From assembly GCA_035574155.1 (NCBI GenBank), contig DATLZD010000021.1:72608-136607 (forward strand): a stretch of 64,000 nucleotides of DNA. The letters are read 5' to 3'. Positions 29,486-39,538 of the stretch are shown piece after piece (the stretch's first letter is position 1; each line of letters begins with the position of its first letter). Below the pieces are notes generated by a model. The model made no database searches. It was given only the letters and a program-made list of their open reading frames with translations, and was not told where the DNA came from. The position numbers and the translations under genes are program-made. The DNA is from Dehalococcoidia bacterium. Lineage in GTDB: Bacteria; Chloroflexota; Dehalococcoidia; SM23-28-2; HRBIN24.

Positions 29486-31180
29486 CTAGGGCACCGACCG
29501 GGCCGACGGCCGCAGGTCGTGCAACCGCAGCTCCAGGGCACCGTGTTCGTTGCGGTCACGGACCACGGAATAGACCACGTCCAGCCTTTGGCCGACCTCG
29601 GGGACCTTGCTTCCCAGCCGCCGACCGAAGGCTGGCCAGGTGACGGGGCCGTCCTTCAGCTTCAGACGCAGGTGCTGGCCATCGGCGCCGGCAAGCCGCA
29701 CGTCGGCCACCACCACGGCTCGGGCCAAGAAGATGGGCTCGGGGTTGCCCGGGCCGTGGGGATGGAAGCGGTCGAGCCAGCCCAGCAGCTCCCCCCGCAG
29801 GGCGCGCAGGGGCAGCACAGCGTCGATCTCCAGGCAAGGTGTCAGCTCGGCCCCTGCCAGCGCCTCAGCGGCCAGATCCGTCAGCATAGCCGCCAGGGTC
29901 TCCAGGTTCCCGGTGGGGGCCGTGAACCCTGCCGCCTGGGGGTGGCCGCCGTGCTTCAGGAGGAGATGGCCGCAGGCCCGCAGGGCAGCCGCCACGTCGA
30001 AGCCCGCTATGCTGCGAGCGCTGCCCCGGCTGAGGACCTCGCCCCGTTCGCAGGCGAAGGCAGGGCGGTGATACTCCTCGGCCAGGCGGCCCGCCACCAG
30101 CCCGACGACGCCAGCGGGCGTTTCGGCATCGGCCACAAAGATGAGGGGGCCGAGGGGCCCTGACTCCACGGCCTCGCGGGCGCGGGCCAGGGCCGCCTCG
30201 GTAAGCCGCTGCCGTTCCCGGTTCAGGGTGGAGAGGGCGCAGGCCAGCTCGCGGGCCTTGCCCTCATCGCGACAGACGAGCAGCTCGAAGGCCTGGCGGG
30301 CATGGGCCAGGCGGCCGGCCGCATTGAGGCGCGGCCCCAACACCCATGCCACCGCCCAGGTGTCCACCTCTCGGCCGTCCAGGCCCGCCTCCTGGACCAG
30401 GGCACGCAGGCCGGCCCGCTCGCTCCTGGAGAGGGCCCTGAGTCCCTCCCGGACCAGCCAGCGGTTCTCGTCCAGGAGGGGCACCAGGTCGGCGATGGTG
30501 CCCAGGGCCACCAGCTCCAGAAAGCGGTGGCGCGGGAAGGGCCGTCCCATCGCCTCGTAGAGGGCCGAAGCCAGCTTGTAGGCCAGGCCCACCGAGGCCA
30601 GTTCCGACTGCGGGTAGCGACTGTCAGGTCGCCGCGGGTTCACCAGGGCAGCAGCCCTGGGCAGATGCGGCGACAGGGAGTGGTGGTCCAACACCAGCAC
30701 GTCCATCCCCAGTCTCAGGGCCTCCTGGACCTCGCCCACGGCGGTGGTGCCGCAGTCGGCGGCCAGCAGAAGGCGCGCGCCCTGGGCCGCCAGCCTTTTC
30801 AGGGCATCGACGTTCAGGCCATACCCCTCGGCATAGCGGTCGGGGATGTAAGGCAGGACACGGGCCCCCAACCCGCCCAGGGCCTCCGTCAGGAGGGCGG
30901 CCGCCGTCACACCGTCCACATCGAAGTCGCCGAACACGGCCACCGCCTCCCCCGCCAGCACCGCCCGGCGCAGGCGGGCCACCGCTGTCTCCATCTCGGG
31001 CAACAGGAGCGGGTCATGCTCGACAGGCACGTCGCCCAGGAAACGGCTGGCGTCGGCCTCGCTGCGCACGCCCCGGTGCCAGAGGAGCTGGCGGACCAGG
31101 GCCGGATAGGACGACCGGGACAGGAAGGACGGTGGGGCCTGCTCCCTCAGCCGCCAACGGCTGCCCACCGTCGCCGCCAT
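29486..31180 (-). CDS. recJ: Single-stranded-DNA-specific exonuclease RecJ
   Basis: DHH motifs (FGDFDVDGVTAAA, VLDHH) and DHHA1; 565 aa from MAATVGS; the ORF-track N-terminal 330 aa are rejected. Confidence 0.85.
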   Translation of the reverse strand: MAATVGSRWRLREQAPPSFLSRSSYPALVRQLLWHRGVRSEADASRFLGDVPVEHDPLLLPEMETAVARLRRAVLAGEAVAVFGDFDVDGVTAAALLTEALGGLGARVLPYIPDRYAEGYGLNVDALKRLAAQGARLLLAADCGTTAVGEVQEALRLGMDVLVLDHHSLSPHLPRAAALVNPRRPDSRYPQSELASVGLAYKLASALYEAMGRPFPRHRFLELVALGTIADLVPLLDENRWLVREGLRALSRSERAGLRALVQEAGLDGREVDTWAVAWVLGPRLNAAGRLAHARQAFELLVCRDEGKARELACALSTLNRERQRLTEAALARAREAVESGPLGPLIFVADAETPAGVVGLVAGRLAEEYHRPAFACERGEVLSRGSARSIAGFDVAAALRACGHLLLKHGGHPQAAGFTAPTGNLETLAAMLTDLAAEALAGAELTPCLEIDAVLPLRALRGELLGWLDRFHPHGPGNPEPIFLARAVVVADVRLAGADGQHLRLKLKDGPVTWPAFGRRLGSKVPEVGQRLDVVYSVVRDRNEHGALELRLHDLRPSARSVP

Positions 31181-31182
31181 GG

Positions 31183-32736
31183 CTACTCCCGCAGCGACTT
31201 GATGGCCCGGGGCAGCTCGGGCAACAGGTCGCCGGCCAGCATCCCAGCTTCGCCCAGCTCGCGGCGGACCCCCTCGCCGGCCAGGCCGTGCAGGTAGACG
31301 CCCAGTGAGGCGGCGTCGAAGGGCGAGAGGCCCTGGGCAGCCAGCCCCACGATGGCCCCGGCCAGCACGTCGCCGGTGCCGCCGCTGGCGAGACCGGGGT
31401 TGACGAAGGGGCTGATGCGGACGCGGCCGTCGGGGGAGGCCACCACCGTGTGGGCGCCTTTCAGGACCACCACGGCGTCCCACCTCTGGGCATGCTCCCG
31501 GGCGACCCTCACGCGGTCGGCCTGAACCTCCTCCGCGGCAAGGCCACAGAGGCGGGACATCTCCCCTGGGTGGGGAGTGAGGACGCAGTTGGGGGGCAGT
31601 CGGGACGGCCAGTCGGGCAGGGCAGCGAGGTTGTTGAGGGCATCGGCGTCCACCACCACCGCCCGCAGAGAGCGGGCCTTGAGGGCGGGCAGAAGTTCCC
31701 CCACCATCCCCTGCACGTAGCCGCCCAGGCCCAGTCCGGGGCCCACCAACAGGGCATCGGCCCCCTGGTCCACGGCCTGGAGGATGGGGGCCACAGCCTC
31801 CGCTGAGAGCTGGCCATCGTGGTCGGGCAGCGGGAGAAAGGTCGGCTCGTTCATGCCTGCCGCCACCAGCGGCTGCACCGAGCGGGGACAGGCCAGCACA
31901 GCCAGGCCGGCCCCTACCCGCAGGGCACCCAGGGCCGACAGCCGTGCCGCGCCGACATAGCGGTGGGAGCCCGCCACCACCAGGGCCCGCCCGAAGGTGC
32001 CCTTGTGGGCGCCCGGTGGCCGCGGCGGCAGCAGCTCCCGCGCCCAGCGTCGGTCCATCAGCTCGTTGGCGAAGGACGCCTCCAGCTCCCTGGGGATGCC
32101 GATGTCCACCACCTCCAGTCGGCCCACCAGGGTCGAGGCTGGCAGCTGGTGCAGTCCCACCTTGCTCCACTGGAGCGTCACCGTCACGTCGGCGGCCACG
32201 GCATGGGGGTCGGCAGCGCCGCTGTCGGCGTCCACGCCCGATGGCAGGTCCAAGGCGATGAGGCGGGGGCGGTAGGGCCGCCGGCGGACGGCCGCTAAGC
32301 GGTCCAGCACCTCGGCCATCTCGCCCTCCAGGGGGCGGGCACGGCCGGTGCCGAGGACGGCATCAATCACCACCTCCGCCCTGCCCAGGGCTTCCTCCAG
32401 GTGCCGAAACCCCTCCCGGGCATCGTCCTGGGCCAGGCACACAGGTATGTCCCGCTGGCGGACATGGGCCAACACGGGGTCGTCGTCGGGGCGGGGCCGC
32501 AGCAGGTAGACCTCCACCTGGGCACCCCAATCGTGCAGGTGACGGGCGGCCACCAGGCCATCGCCGCCGTTGTTGCCCGGCCCCACCAGCACCAGGATGC
32601 GGCGGTCCGCCACCTCACCCAGCAGCAGCCAGACCTCCTGGGCCACCGCCAGGCCGGCGTTCTCCATTAGCTGGGCAACGGGGACGCCGGCGCGGGCCTC
32701 GGCCTCGCGCATCTCGGCCACGGTGACCAGCTTCAC
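31183..32736 (-). CDS. nnr: Bifunctional NAD(P)H-hydrate repair enzyme Nnr (YjeF-N epimerase + YjeF-C dehydratase)
   Basis: YjeF_N GPGNNGGDG and carbohydrate-kinase-like C-terminal domain. Confidence 0.85.
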   Translation of the reverse strand: MKLVTVAEMREAEARAGVPVAQLMENAGLAVAQEVWLLLGEVADRRILVLVGPGNNGGDGLVAARHLHDWGAQVEVYLLRPRPDDDPVLAHVRQRDIPVCLAQDDAREGFRHLEEALGRAEVVIDAVLGTGRARPLEGEMAEVLDRLAAVRRRPYRPRLIALDLPSGVDADSGAADPHAVAADVTVTLQWSKVGLHQLPASTLVGRLEVVDIGIPRELEASFANELMDRRWARELLPPRPPGAHKGTFGRALVVAGSHRYVGAARLSALGALRVGAGLAVLACPRSVQPLVAAGMNEPTFLPLPDHDGQLSAEAVAPILQAVDQGADALLVGPGLGLGGYVQGMVGELLPALKARSLRAVVVDADALNNLAALPDWPSRLPPNCVLTPHPGEMSRLCGLAAEEVQADRVRVAREHAQRWDAVVVLKGAHTVVASPDGRVRISPFVNPGLASGGTGDVLAGAIVGLAAQGLSPFDAASLGVYLHGLAGEGVRRELGEAGMLAGDLLPELPRAIKSLRE

Positions 32737-33179
32737 GGCGGCAGCAGCCCCCTGTCGCGCAGCATGGCGCCCAGGTGCAGGCGCCAGCGCTCGCGCTCGC
32801 CCTGGTCGTCCGGGCGGGAATGGCCCACGGCCAAGGCCACAGCGTAGTGGCGGGAGTGGGACATGCTCACGTCCAGGCCCGTCAGGCCCAGGGCCACGGC
32901 CCTCTCGCGGGCGCGCCCGTGCAGGAAGACGAGGGGCTTGCCCCGGCGGTTGGGCAGGACCTCGATCTCGCGCCAGGCGACGCCTCGGGCGCCGGTACCG
33001 AGGGCCTTCATCACCGCCTCCTTGGCAGCAAAGCGGGCAGCCAGCTCATGGGGCTTCCGCCCATAGAGGGCGGCCTCCATTGGGGTGAAGACACGGCGCA
33101 GGAAGCGGTCGCCGAAGCGGGCCAGGGCCTGGGCCACCCGCTCGATCTCGATGATGTCGACGCCCACGGCGTTGTCCAT
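32733..33179 (-). CDS. acpS: Holo-[acyl-carrier-protein] synthase
   Basis: GVDIIEIERV...EAVMKALG is a typical AcpS/4'-PPTase pattern. Confidence 0.8.
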   Translation of the reverse strand: MDNAVGVDIIEIERVAQALARFGDRFLRRVFTPMEAALYGRKPHELAARFAAKEAVMKALGTGARGVAWREIEVLPNRRGKPLVFLHGRARERAVALGLTGLDVSMSHSRHYAVALAVGHSRPDDQGERERWRLHLGAMLRDRGLLPP

Positions 33180-34403
33180 CTAGCGCTGGTCGGCGTCCAC
33201 GATGCGCAGGAAGCGGTGCTTGCCGACCCGGACCAGGGCACCGCTGTGCACGACGGCATGGGGCTCGCGCACCGTCCGGCCGTCCACCTCGATAGCCCCC
33301 TGGGCCAGCAGCCGCCTGGCCTCGGAGCGGCTGCGCACCACCCCCGCCCCCACCAGGACCTCCACCAGGTCCACCGGGCCCTCCCCGACCGGCACCCGTG
33401 CCTCGGGCACCTGGGCGGGCGCCTGGCGACGGCGAAAGACTCGCTCGAACTCGTCCTGGGCCTCGCGGGCAGCCTCGATCCCATGGAACTGGGCCACCAC
33501 CTCCCGCGCCATGCGCATCTTGGCCTCCATGGGGTTCAGCGCCCGCTCGCGCAGGGCGCGGGCGATGTCCTCCACCTCTTCGTCGGGCACGTCCGTCAGG
33601 AGCTCCAGGTATTGGACGATCAGGTGGTCGGGCAGGGACATGAGCTTACCGAACATGTCATGGGGAGGGGTATCGATGGCGATGTAGTTCCCCAGGGACT
33701 GGCTCATCTTGCGCTCGCCATCCAGGCCCACCAGCAGCGGCATGAGCAGGGCACACTGCGGGTCCTGGCCGAAGCGGGGCTGCAGCTCCCGCCCCATCAG
33801 GATGTTGAACCTCTGGTCGCTGCCACCGAACTCCACATCGGCCCGCACCGCCACCGAGTCGTAGGCCTGGAGGAGGGGGTAGATGAACTCATGGAGGCCG
33901 ATGGGCCGTCCCTGCTCGTATCTCTGGGCGAAGTCCTCCCTCTGCAGCAGCTGGGCCACGGTGGCCTGGGCGGCCAGTCGGACCACGTCGCCCAGGCGGA
34001 AGTCGTCGAACCACTCGCTCTGGCGGCGGACCTCCGTCCGCTGCGGGTCGAGGACGCGGAAGAACTGCCGCAACACCGATTCGGCGTTGGCCTGGACCTC
34101 CTCGGCCGTCAGCATGGGCCTGGTCTCGGACTGGCCTGACGGGTCGCCTATCTGGGCGGTCACATCGCCGATGATGAGGACCGCCAGGTGTCCCAGCTCC
34201 TGGAACTGACGCAGCTTGCGCAGCCCTACGGCCCAACCCAGGGTCACCACCGGCCGCGTGGGGTCGAAGCCCATCTTCAGACGCAGGGGGCGGCCGGAGC
34301 GGAGTCGCCGGACCAGCTCTTCCTCGGGGATCACCTCGGCCACCCCGCGACGCAGCAGCCGTCGCAGCTCAGCCTCGCTGGGCACCTGTGCCTTCCCCGC
34401 CAC
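33180..34403 (-). CDS. tyrS: Tyrosyl-tRNA synthetase
   Basis: Class I core (GFDPT...LGW region, KMSQS-like KMSQSLGN) and C-terminal S4 domain; GTG start overlaps the ribF TAG by 1 nt after GGAGGGA. Confidence 0.85.
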   Translation of the reverse strand: MAGKAQVPSEAELRRLLRRGVAEVIPEEELVRRLRSGRPLRLKMGFDPTRPVVTLGWAVGLRKLRQFQELGHLAVLIIGDVTAQIGDPSGQSETRPMLTAEEVQANAESVLRQFFRVLDPQRTEVRRQSEWFDDFRLGDVVRLAAQATVAQLLQREDFAQRYEQGRPIGLHEFIYPLLQAYDSVAVRADVEFGGSDQRFNILMGRELQPRFGQDPQCALLMPLLVGLDGERKMSQSLGNYIAIDTPPHDMFGKLMSLPDHLIVQYLELLTDVPDEEVEDIARALRERALNPMEAKMRMAREVVAQFHGIEAAREAQDEFERVFRRRQAPAQVPEARVPVGEGPVDLVEVLVGAGVVRSRSEARRLLAQGAIEVDGRTVREPHAVVHSGALVRVGKHRFLRIVDADQR

Positions 34404-35353
34404 TACGTCCCTCCGGTGTGGGCGAAGTATTCCCGCGTCCGCTCGACGTCGCCGTGCATGGCCGCTACCAGCTCCTCCACGGTGGTGAACTTGAGCTCGT
34501 CCCGCAGCCGGTGCAGGAACTCGAGGGCGATGCTCCGACCATACAGGTCGCCATCGTAGTCCAGGATATAGGCCTCCACGGTGACGGCGGGGCGTTCGTC
34601 GGCGAAGGTGGGCCGGACTCCCACGTTGGTGCACGACGGCAGCCAGCGGTCGTCCACCAGGGCGCGGGTCACGTAGACCCCGAAGGCCGGGAGGGCCAGG
34701 TCGGGGGCCACGGCCACATTGGCGGTGGGGAAGCCTAGGCCGCGACCCCTGCCCGCCCCTCGCACCACCGGTCCCCGCAGCCGGTATGGACGCCCCAGCA
34801 GGCGTGCCACCTCCTCCATCTGCCCCTGGGCCAGGGCCTCCCGCAGGGCAGAGGAACCGACCTTGCGCCCGTCCTCCCGCAGCATCGGCGCCGGCTCTAC
34901 CCGGAAGCCCATCTCCTGTCCCAGCGCCGACAGCACCTCCATCGTCCCCTCCCGGTCGCGGCCCAGGGCCATGTCGGGGCCGCCCACCAGCAGGCGCATA
35001 CGCAGGGTCTCCATGAGCAGGGCCACGAACTCCCGCGCCGAAAGGAGGGCCAGCTCCGACGTAAAGGTGAGCACCCCCACCCGTTCCGGCCCCAGGGCGC
35101 GCAGCATCTCCAGCCGCTCCTCCAGGGTGCACAGGTAGGTGACTGGCATGCCGGGCCGCAGCACCGTGAGGGGGTTGGGGTGGAGGGTGATGACCACCGG
35201 GGCCAGTCCATCGCGGCGGGCACGCGACACCAGCCACGATATCAGGTGCTGGTGCCCACGGTGGACGCCGTCGAACTTGCCGATGGTGACGGCGCTCTCG
35301 CGCCCGGGGTCCAGACGCCTCAGCTCCTCGCGGGCCAAAGTGGGGACCGTCAC
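34403..35353 (-). CDS. ribF: Bifunctional riboflavin kinase / FAD synthetase
   Basis: 316 aa from VTVPTL...; FAD-synthetase motif GKFDGVHRGH and riboflavin kinase C-terminus. Confidence 0.85.
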   Translation of the reverse strand: MTVPTLAREELRRLDPGRESAVTIGKFDGVHRGHQHLISWLVSRARRDGLAPVVITLHPNPLTVLRPGMPVTYLCTLEERLEMLRALGPERVGVLTFTSELALLSAREFVALLMETLRMRLLVGGPDMALGRDREGTMEVLSALGQEMGFRVEPAPMLREDGRKVGSSALREALAQGQMEEVARLLGRPYRLRGPVVRGAGRGRGLGFPTANVAVAPDLALPAFGVYVTRALVDDRWLPSCTNVGVRPTFADERPAVTVEAYILDYDGDLYGRSIALEFLHRLRDELKFTTVEELVAAMHGDVERTREYFAHTGGT

Positions 35354-36342
35354 GCGCCCACCTCCGCCGCCCGTCGGAGGGCCCGCAGGCACTCGGCAGG
35401 GGCCGAGGGTGGCACCGAACAGCCCGGGGCCAACAGGAAGCGCCTGCCACGGGAGCGGCGGATGGCCTGCAGCGCCTCGGCCATCACGCCCTCGGCGTCG
35501 CCGTTGGCCAGGGCACCGTCGTGGGCCACGCCACCGGACACGGCCAGACCGACCCGGGCCTGCACCTCCTCGAGGGTGGGGTTGGACGGCTCGTGGGCCG
35601 CCCAGTGAAAGCAGGCCACAGGGTAGTCCAACAGCCACAGCAGCAGGTTGCGGGACCGACACACATGCAGGACGTTGAACGGCGCATCGGCCACCGCCGC
35701 CAGCACCCGCAGGTCGTAGGGCCGGCCGAACCGGGCATACTCCTGGGGGGAGATGAGGTCCCGGCTGCCCCATTCCACCGTGGCGTAAAAGATGCCGCTG
35801 GCGCCGGCCTCGATGCAGGCGCGGGCGTAGTCGGCCAGAGTAACGGCTATGGCCCCCAGCGCCCGCTCCAACGCCTCCGGCGCCCGGCCCATCAGGTCCT
35901 TCACCGGCCCCGGCCCCCCGGCCATGCGTGAGAGGACAGCCAAGGGCGCGAAGACGGTCTGCACGAAGGGGGCCTCGCCGTTGAGGCGACGGCCGATGAG
36001 GCGCAGCGCTTCTAGCTGCTCGCCGAAGGGCCCCTGCCTCGGGTCGAGGGGCGTGATGCGGGCCAGGTCCGACTCGTCCCGCAGCCCCGGCGCCACCAGC
36101 CTGGGCCCCTGGTCGCCGTCGGGGGACGGCTCGTAGCGGGCGCCCCACGCCTCGGCATAATACGTGGCGCGGGGGTTGACCTTGATGAAGTCCCAGTCGT
36201 AGCGCCCGTAGGCCTCCAGGGTGGCCTCGGCCAGGCCCTCGGGCGACCATTCGCGACGAAAGTCGTGGCCCCAGGCCGAGACGGGCACCCTGTCCACCGT
36301 CAGGCCCGACAGGGCCGCCAGGACACGCCTGCCCTTGTCCAT
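35350..36342 (-). CDS. Uroporphyrinogen decarboxylase (URO-D) family protein (HemE- or MtaA-like)
   Basis: URO-D fold-family pattern across 330 aa; paralog assignment uncertain. Confidence 0.65.
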   Translation of the reverse strand: MDKGRRVLAALSGLTVDRVPVSAWGHDFRREWSPEGLAEATLEAYGRYDWDFIKVNPRATYYAEAWGARYEPSPDGDQGPRLVAPGLRDESDLARITPLDPRQGPFGEQLEALRLIGRRLNGEAPFVQTVFAPLAVLSRMAGGPGPVKDLMGRAPEALERALGAIAVTLADYARACIEAGASGIFYATVEWGSRDLISPQEYARFGRPYDLRVLAAVADAPFNVLHVCRSRNLLLWLLDYPVACFHWAAHEPSNPTLEEVQARVGLAVSGGVAHDGALANGDAEGVMAEALQAIRRSRGRRFLLAPGCSVPPSAPAECLRALRRAAEVGA

Positions 36343-36387
36343 GACGCCATATCCAGTCTATCAGGGCGCGGAAGGAGGCGGCAGGGG

Positions 36388-37161
36388 CTAAGGGGACAGG
36401 GGTTCTGCCTCCACCAGCAGTATCTCGCCGAAGGGCTGCTCCTGCTGGGCCCAAAGACGGCCCTGCTTGATGAGCTCCAGCACGGCCAGGAAGACGGCCA
36501 CCACCTCGCGGCGTGTCCGGCAGTCCTCCAGGACGCGGCGGAAGGGGAGGGGGCCGCCGGTGGCCCGCACCGCCCACAGGACCTCGTCCATCTTGGCCTC
36601 GATGCGGGGCAAGTCCTCCTCCAGGCGGAGGGGCAGAGGCTCGGGAGGCCTCTGGGCCAGCACCTCCTGGACCAGCCGCGCCAGGTCGTCGAGAGTGACG
36701 CCCCGCAGTCCGCTGGGCATGGGCACACCCTTGGGTGGCGCCTGGCGGGTGTAGGCCCGCCGACGGGCCTCCTCCCAGGCCCGCAGGAGCTGGGCTGCCT
36801 CCCGGAACGGCTCCAGTCGTTCCAGCGCGGTGGCCAGGTCCTCGTCCGGGCTGGGGTGGCCGCCCCGTTCGCCCGCACCTACCGTAGGCGCCTGGGGCCG
36901 GGGCAGCAGCGCCGCCGCCTTCAGCTCCAGCAGGCGGGCAAGGGCAGCGATGAACTCCACCAGCACCTCGGGGTCGAGGCGGCCCTCGCCCTCGGCATGG
37001 CGCCAGACCTGCTGGGCCACCTCCTCCAGCGAGACCCGCGACAGGTCTACCTCCCCCCGCTCGGCCGCCTCCACCAGTCCCTGCAGGGGGCCACGGTAGG
37101 CGGGCAGGTCCAGCTCCAGCGTCCCCTGGTCTTCCACCGTTGCCTCAGGGCCTCTGGCCAT
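36388..37161 (-). CDS. scpA: Segregation and condensation protein A
   Basis: ScpA kleisin family pattern; start of a sub-operon. Confidence 0.8.
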   Translation of the reverse strand: MARGPEATVEDQGTLELDLPAYRGPLQGLVEAAERGEVDLSRVSLEEVAQQVWRHAEGEGRLDPEVLVEFIAALARLLELKAAALLPRPQAPTVGAGERGGHPSPDEDLATALERLEPFREAAQLLRAWEEARRRAYTRQAPPKGVPMPSGLRGVTLDDLARLVQEVLAQRPPEPLPLRLEEDLPRIEAKMDEVLWAVRATGGPLPFRRVLEDCRTRREVVAVFLAVLELIKQGRLWAQQEQPFGEILLVEAEPLSP

Positions 37162-38212
37162 CGCCCCTGGCGGAGGCTGGCTGCTGGCCCACAGCCGGGT
37201 GCAGGGGCCTGCCCAGGGCCTGGCACAGCACCTCCAGCCTCTGCATGAGGCGCGCGAAGTTCTGGGGCGTCAGGGACTGGGCGCCGTCGGACAGGGCATG
37301 GTCGGGGCTGACATGGACCTCGATGATGAGGCCATCGGCACCGGCAGCGATGGCAGCGAGGGCCACCGGCTCCACGAGATACCAGCGGCCCGTGCCATGG
37401 CTGGGGTCGGCTATCACCGGCAGGTGGCTTTCCCTCTTCACGAAGGGAATGGCATTGACATCGAAGGTGAAGCGAGTGGCCGTCTCGAAGGTGCGGATGC
37501 CCCGCTCGCACAGGATGACGTTGTGGTTCCCCTGGGTCATGATGTGCTCGGCGGCCAGGAGCCATTCCTCCACCGTGGCCCACATGCCCCGCTTCAGGAG
37601 CACAGGCTTGTCAGTGCGGCCCACCTCCTTCAGCAGGGCAAAGTTCTGACCGTTCCGGGAGCCGATCTGGAGGATGTCGGCCGTCTCCGCCACCAGCTCC
37701 ACGTCGCGGGGGTCCATCACCTCGGTGATGATGGGCAGGCCCGTCAGCGCCCTGGCCTTGGCCAACAACTCCAGGCCCTTGGCGCCGTGACCCTCGAAGG
37801 AGTGAGGGCTGGTGCGGGGCTTGAAGGCCCCGCCCCGCAGGACGTGGGCACCGGCCTCCTTCACGGCCCGGGCGGTGGCCAGGGTGTATTCCTCCGTGTC
37901 CACGGAGCACTGACCGGCCATCACCACCACACGGCCGGAGCCGATCTCCAGGTCGCCCACGCGGATCACCGTGTCCATGGGGTGCACCTCGCGGCTGGCC
38001 AGCTTGTAGGGCTTGCTGACCCTGAGCACCGTCTCCACGCCGTCCAGGACGGAAAGCTCGTCCATCATTTCGGGATAGACCTGGCCCAGGACACAGACGA
38101 CAGTGCGCTCCACGCCGTGGATGGGGCGGTCCTGATATCCCAGCTCGCGGATCTTGGCCCGCACGGCCTCTATCTGCTGCTTGGTGGCATCGGTCCTCAT
38201 GACCACGATCAT
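37145..38212 (-). CDS. aroG: 3-deoxy-7-phosphoheptulonate (DAHP) synthase, type I-beta with N-terminal regulatory domain
   Basis: 355 aa from MIVVMRTD; DAHPS/KDO8PS TIM-barrel motifs ([14 protein letters not shown]); SD AGGGAGGAG upstream. Confidence 0.85.
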   Translation of the reverse strand: MIVVMRTDATKQQIEAVRAKIRELGYQDRPIHGVERTVVCVLGQVYPEMMDELSVLDGVETVLRVSKPYKLASREVHPMDTVIRVGDLEIGSGRVVVMAGQCSVDTEEYTLATARAVKEAGAHVLRGGAFKPRTSPHSFEGHGAKGLELLAKARALTGLPIITEVMDPRDVELVAETADILQIGSRNGQNFALLKEVGRTDKPVLLKRGMWATVEEWLLAAEHIMTQGNHNVILCERGIRTFETATRFTFDVNAIPFVKRESHLPVIADPSHGTGRWYLVEPVALAAIAAGADGLIIEVHVSPDHALSDGAQSLTPQNFARLMQRLEVLCQALGRPLHPAVGQQPASARGDGQRP

Positions 38213-38277
38213 GGTGCACTCCTCCCTTTCTGGGATGTCTGACGATGCGGCGTCGGTATCTGGTGGCACCGGGGGCA

Positions 38278-38646
38278 TCAGCCCCCGAAGGCGAACTCGG
38301 GCCGCAGGGCGCTGGCCCCGCGCAGATAGACGTGCACTATCTCGCCCTGGGCCTTGTCGGTGTTGACGTGCAGGAGGACACGCAGGCACATGGGCAGGGA
38401 GCCGGGAACGCTCATCTCGTGCCCACAGAGAAGGGCCACGTTGGTCCAGCCGAGCTCCCTGGCGGCCACCGCCGGGAACTCCGCCGTCAGGTCGGGGGTG
38501 GTGGTGAAGATGGCCGAGGCTATGTCCTCGGTGCGGATGCCATTGGCCTCCACCATGGCCAGAAGCAGCTCCTTGGTGGCCTCCAGGATGGCCTCGCGGG
38601 TGTTAGCCGGCACCGTCGTCGCACCCCTTATGCCGCGGCAGAGCAT
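38278..38646 (-). CDS. aroH: Chorismate mutase, AroH class (monofunctional)
   Basis: [12 protein letters not shown]...RHVYL pattern matches B. subtilis-type AroH. Confidence 0.8.
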   Translation of the reverse strand: MLCRGIRGATTVPANTREAILEATKELLLAMVEANGIRTEDIASAIFTTTPDLTAEFPAVAARELGWTNVALLCGHEMSVPGSLPMCLRVLLHVNTDKAQGEIVHVYLRGASALRPEFAFGG

Positions 38647-38649
38647 CCC

Positions 38650-38728
38650 TAGACCCCTGCACCGCCCTAGCGGGGCCCGCCCTGCCCTTAACGGCCATAG
38701 GCGCCGGCCTGGGGCAGGGCGCGGCCCT
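38650..38728 (-). other. Long GC-rich stem-loop in the trpA-aroH spacer
   Basis: GGGGCCCGCCCTGCCC...GGGGCAGGGCGCGGCCC forms a ~15-bp stem with a ~23-nt loop and no U-tract. Confidence 0.25.
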
Positions 38729-38730
38729 TC

Positions 38731-39537
38731 TCAGGCCTCGTCCTGGCCCCGACGGCCGGCCAGCACCTCCACATACTCCTTCACCCGCTCTTCCCGCTCA
38801 TGGGGAGGGGCCCCGTCCAGGCACTGGACTATGGCGCTCCCGACCACGACGGCCTCCGCCCAAGGGCGGAGGGACTCGACGTGTTTACGCTTAGATATAC
38901 CAAATCCTACCGCCAAAGGCAACCGGCTGCGGGCCCGCACCCTCTGCAGCAGCCCCGGCAGATCGGCAGGCAGCTCCTCCCGTGCCCCCGTCACCCCGGT
39001 GACGCTAACGCAGTAGATGAAGCCGCTGGCCTCACGGCCGATGCGCTCCAGGCGGGCATCGGAGGTGGTGGGCGCCACCAGCGGCACCAGGTCCAGCCCC
39101 ACCCGTCGGCAGGCCGCCAGCAGCTGCCCCGCCTCCTCCCACGGTAGGTCCACCACGATAAGACCGTCGACGCCGGCCGCTGCCGCATCGGCGGCGAACC
39201 GATCCAGGCCGTAGGCCAGCACCGGGTTGCAATAGGTCATGAGCACCAGAGGGGCCGCCACTCCCCGTCGCCGCAGGGCGGCCACCGTCTCCAGGCAGCT
39301 ACGGGGGGTGACCCCTCGCTCCAGGGCCACCTGCGTGGCCCGCTGAATGGTGGCACCGTCGGCCAAAGGGTCCGAGAAGGGGACGCCCAGCTCCACCATG
39401 TGGGCGCCACCAGCCAGCAGGGCGGGCACGAGCTGCAAGGTGGCCTCCACGTCGGGATAGCCCACCGGCAGGTAGGCGATGAGGCCCATCTCGCCCCGCC
39501 GCCGCAGTGCCTCGAAGCAGGTCGCGATGCGGCCCAC
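38731..39537 (-). CDS. trpA: Tryptophan synthase alpha chain
   Basis: Full-length TrpA TIM barrel (MVELGVPFSDPLADG...). Confidence 0.9.
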   Translation of the reverse strand: MGRIATCFEALRRRGEMGLIAYLPVGYPDVEATLQLVPALLAGGAHMVELGVPFSDPLADGATIQRATQVALERGVTPRSCLETVAALRRRGVAAPLVLMTYCNPVLAYGLDRFAADAAAAGVDGLIVVDLPWEEAGQLLAACRRVGLDLVPLVAPTTSDARLERIGREASGFIYCVSVTGVTGAREELPADLPGLLQRVRARSRLPLAVGFGISKRKHVESLRPWAEAVVVGSAIVQCLDGAPPHEREERVKEYVEVLAGRRGQDEA

Positions 39538-39538
39538 C

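Noticed and set aside
1044-36577. Long N-terminal extensions on SufS, SufD, SufC, RecJ, TyrS, RibF, TrpD, CofH, CPBP and DAHPS as given in the ORF track
   Set aside because: The extensions overlap upstream genes in other frames and are Arg/Pro/Gly-rich. Internal ATG/GTG starts with good SDs give canonical protein lengths.
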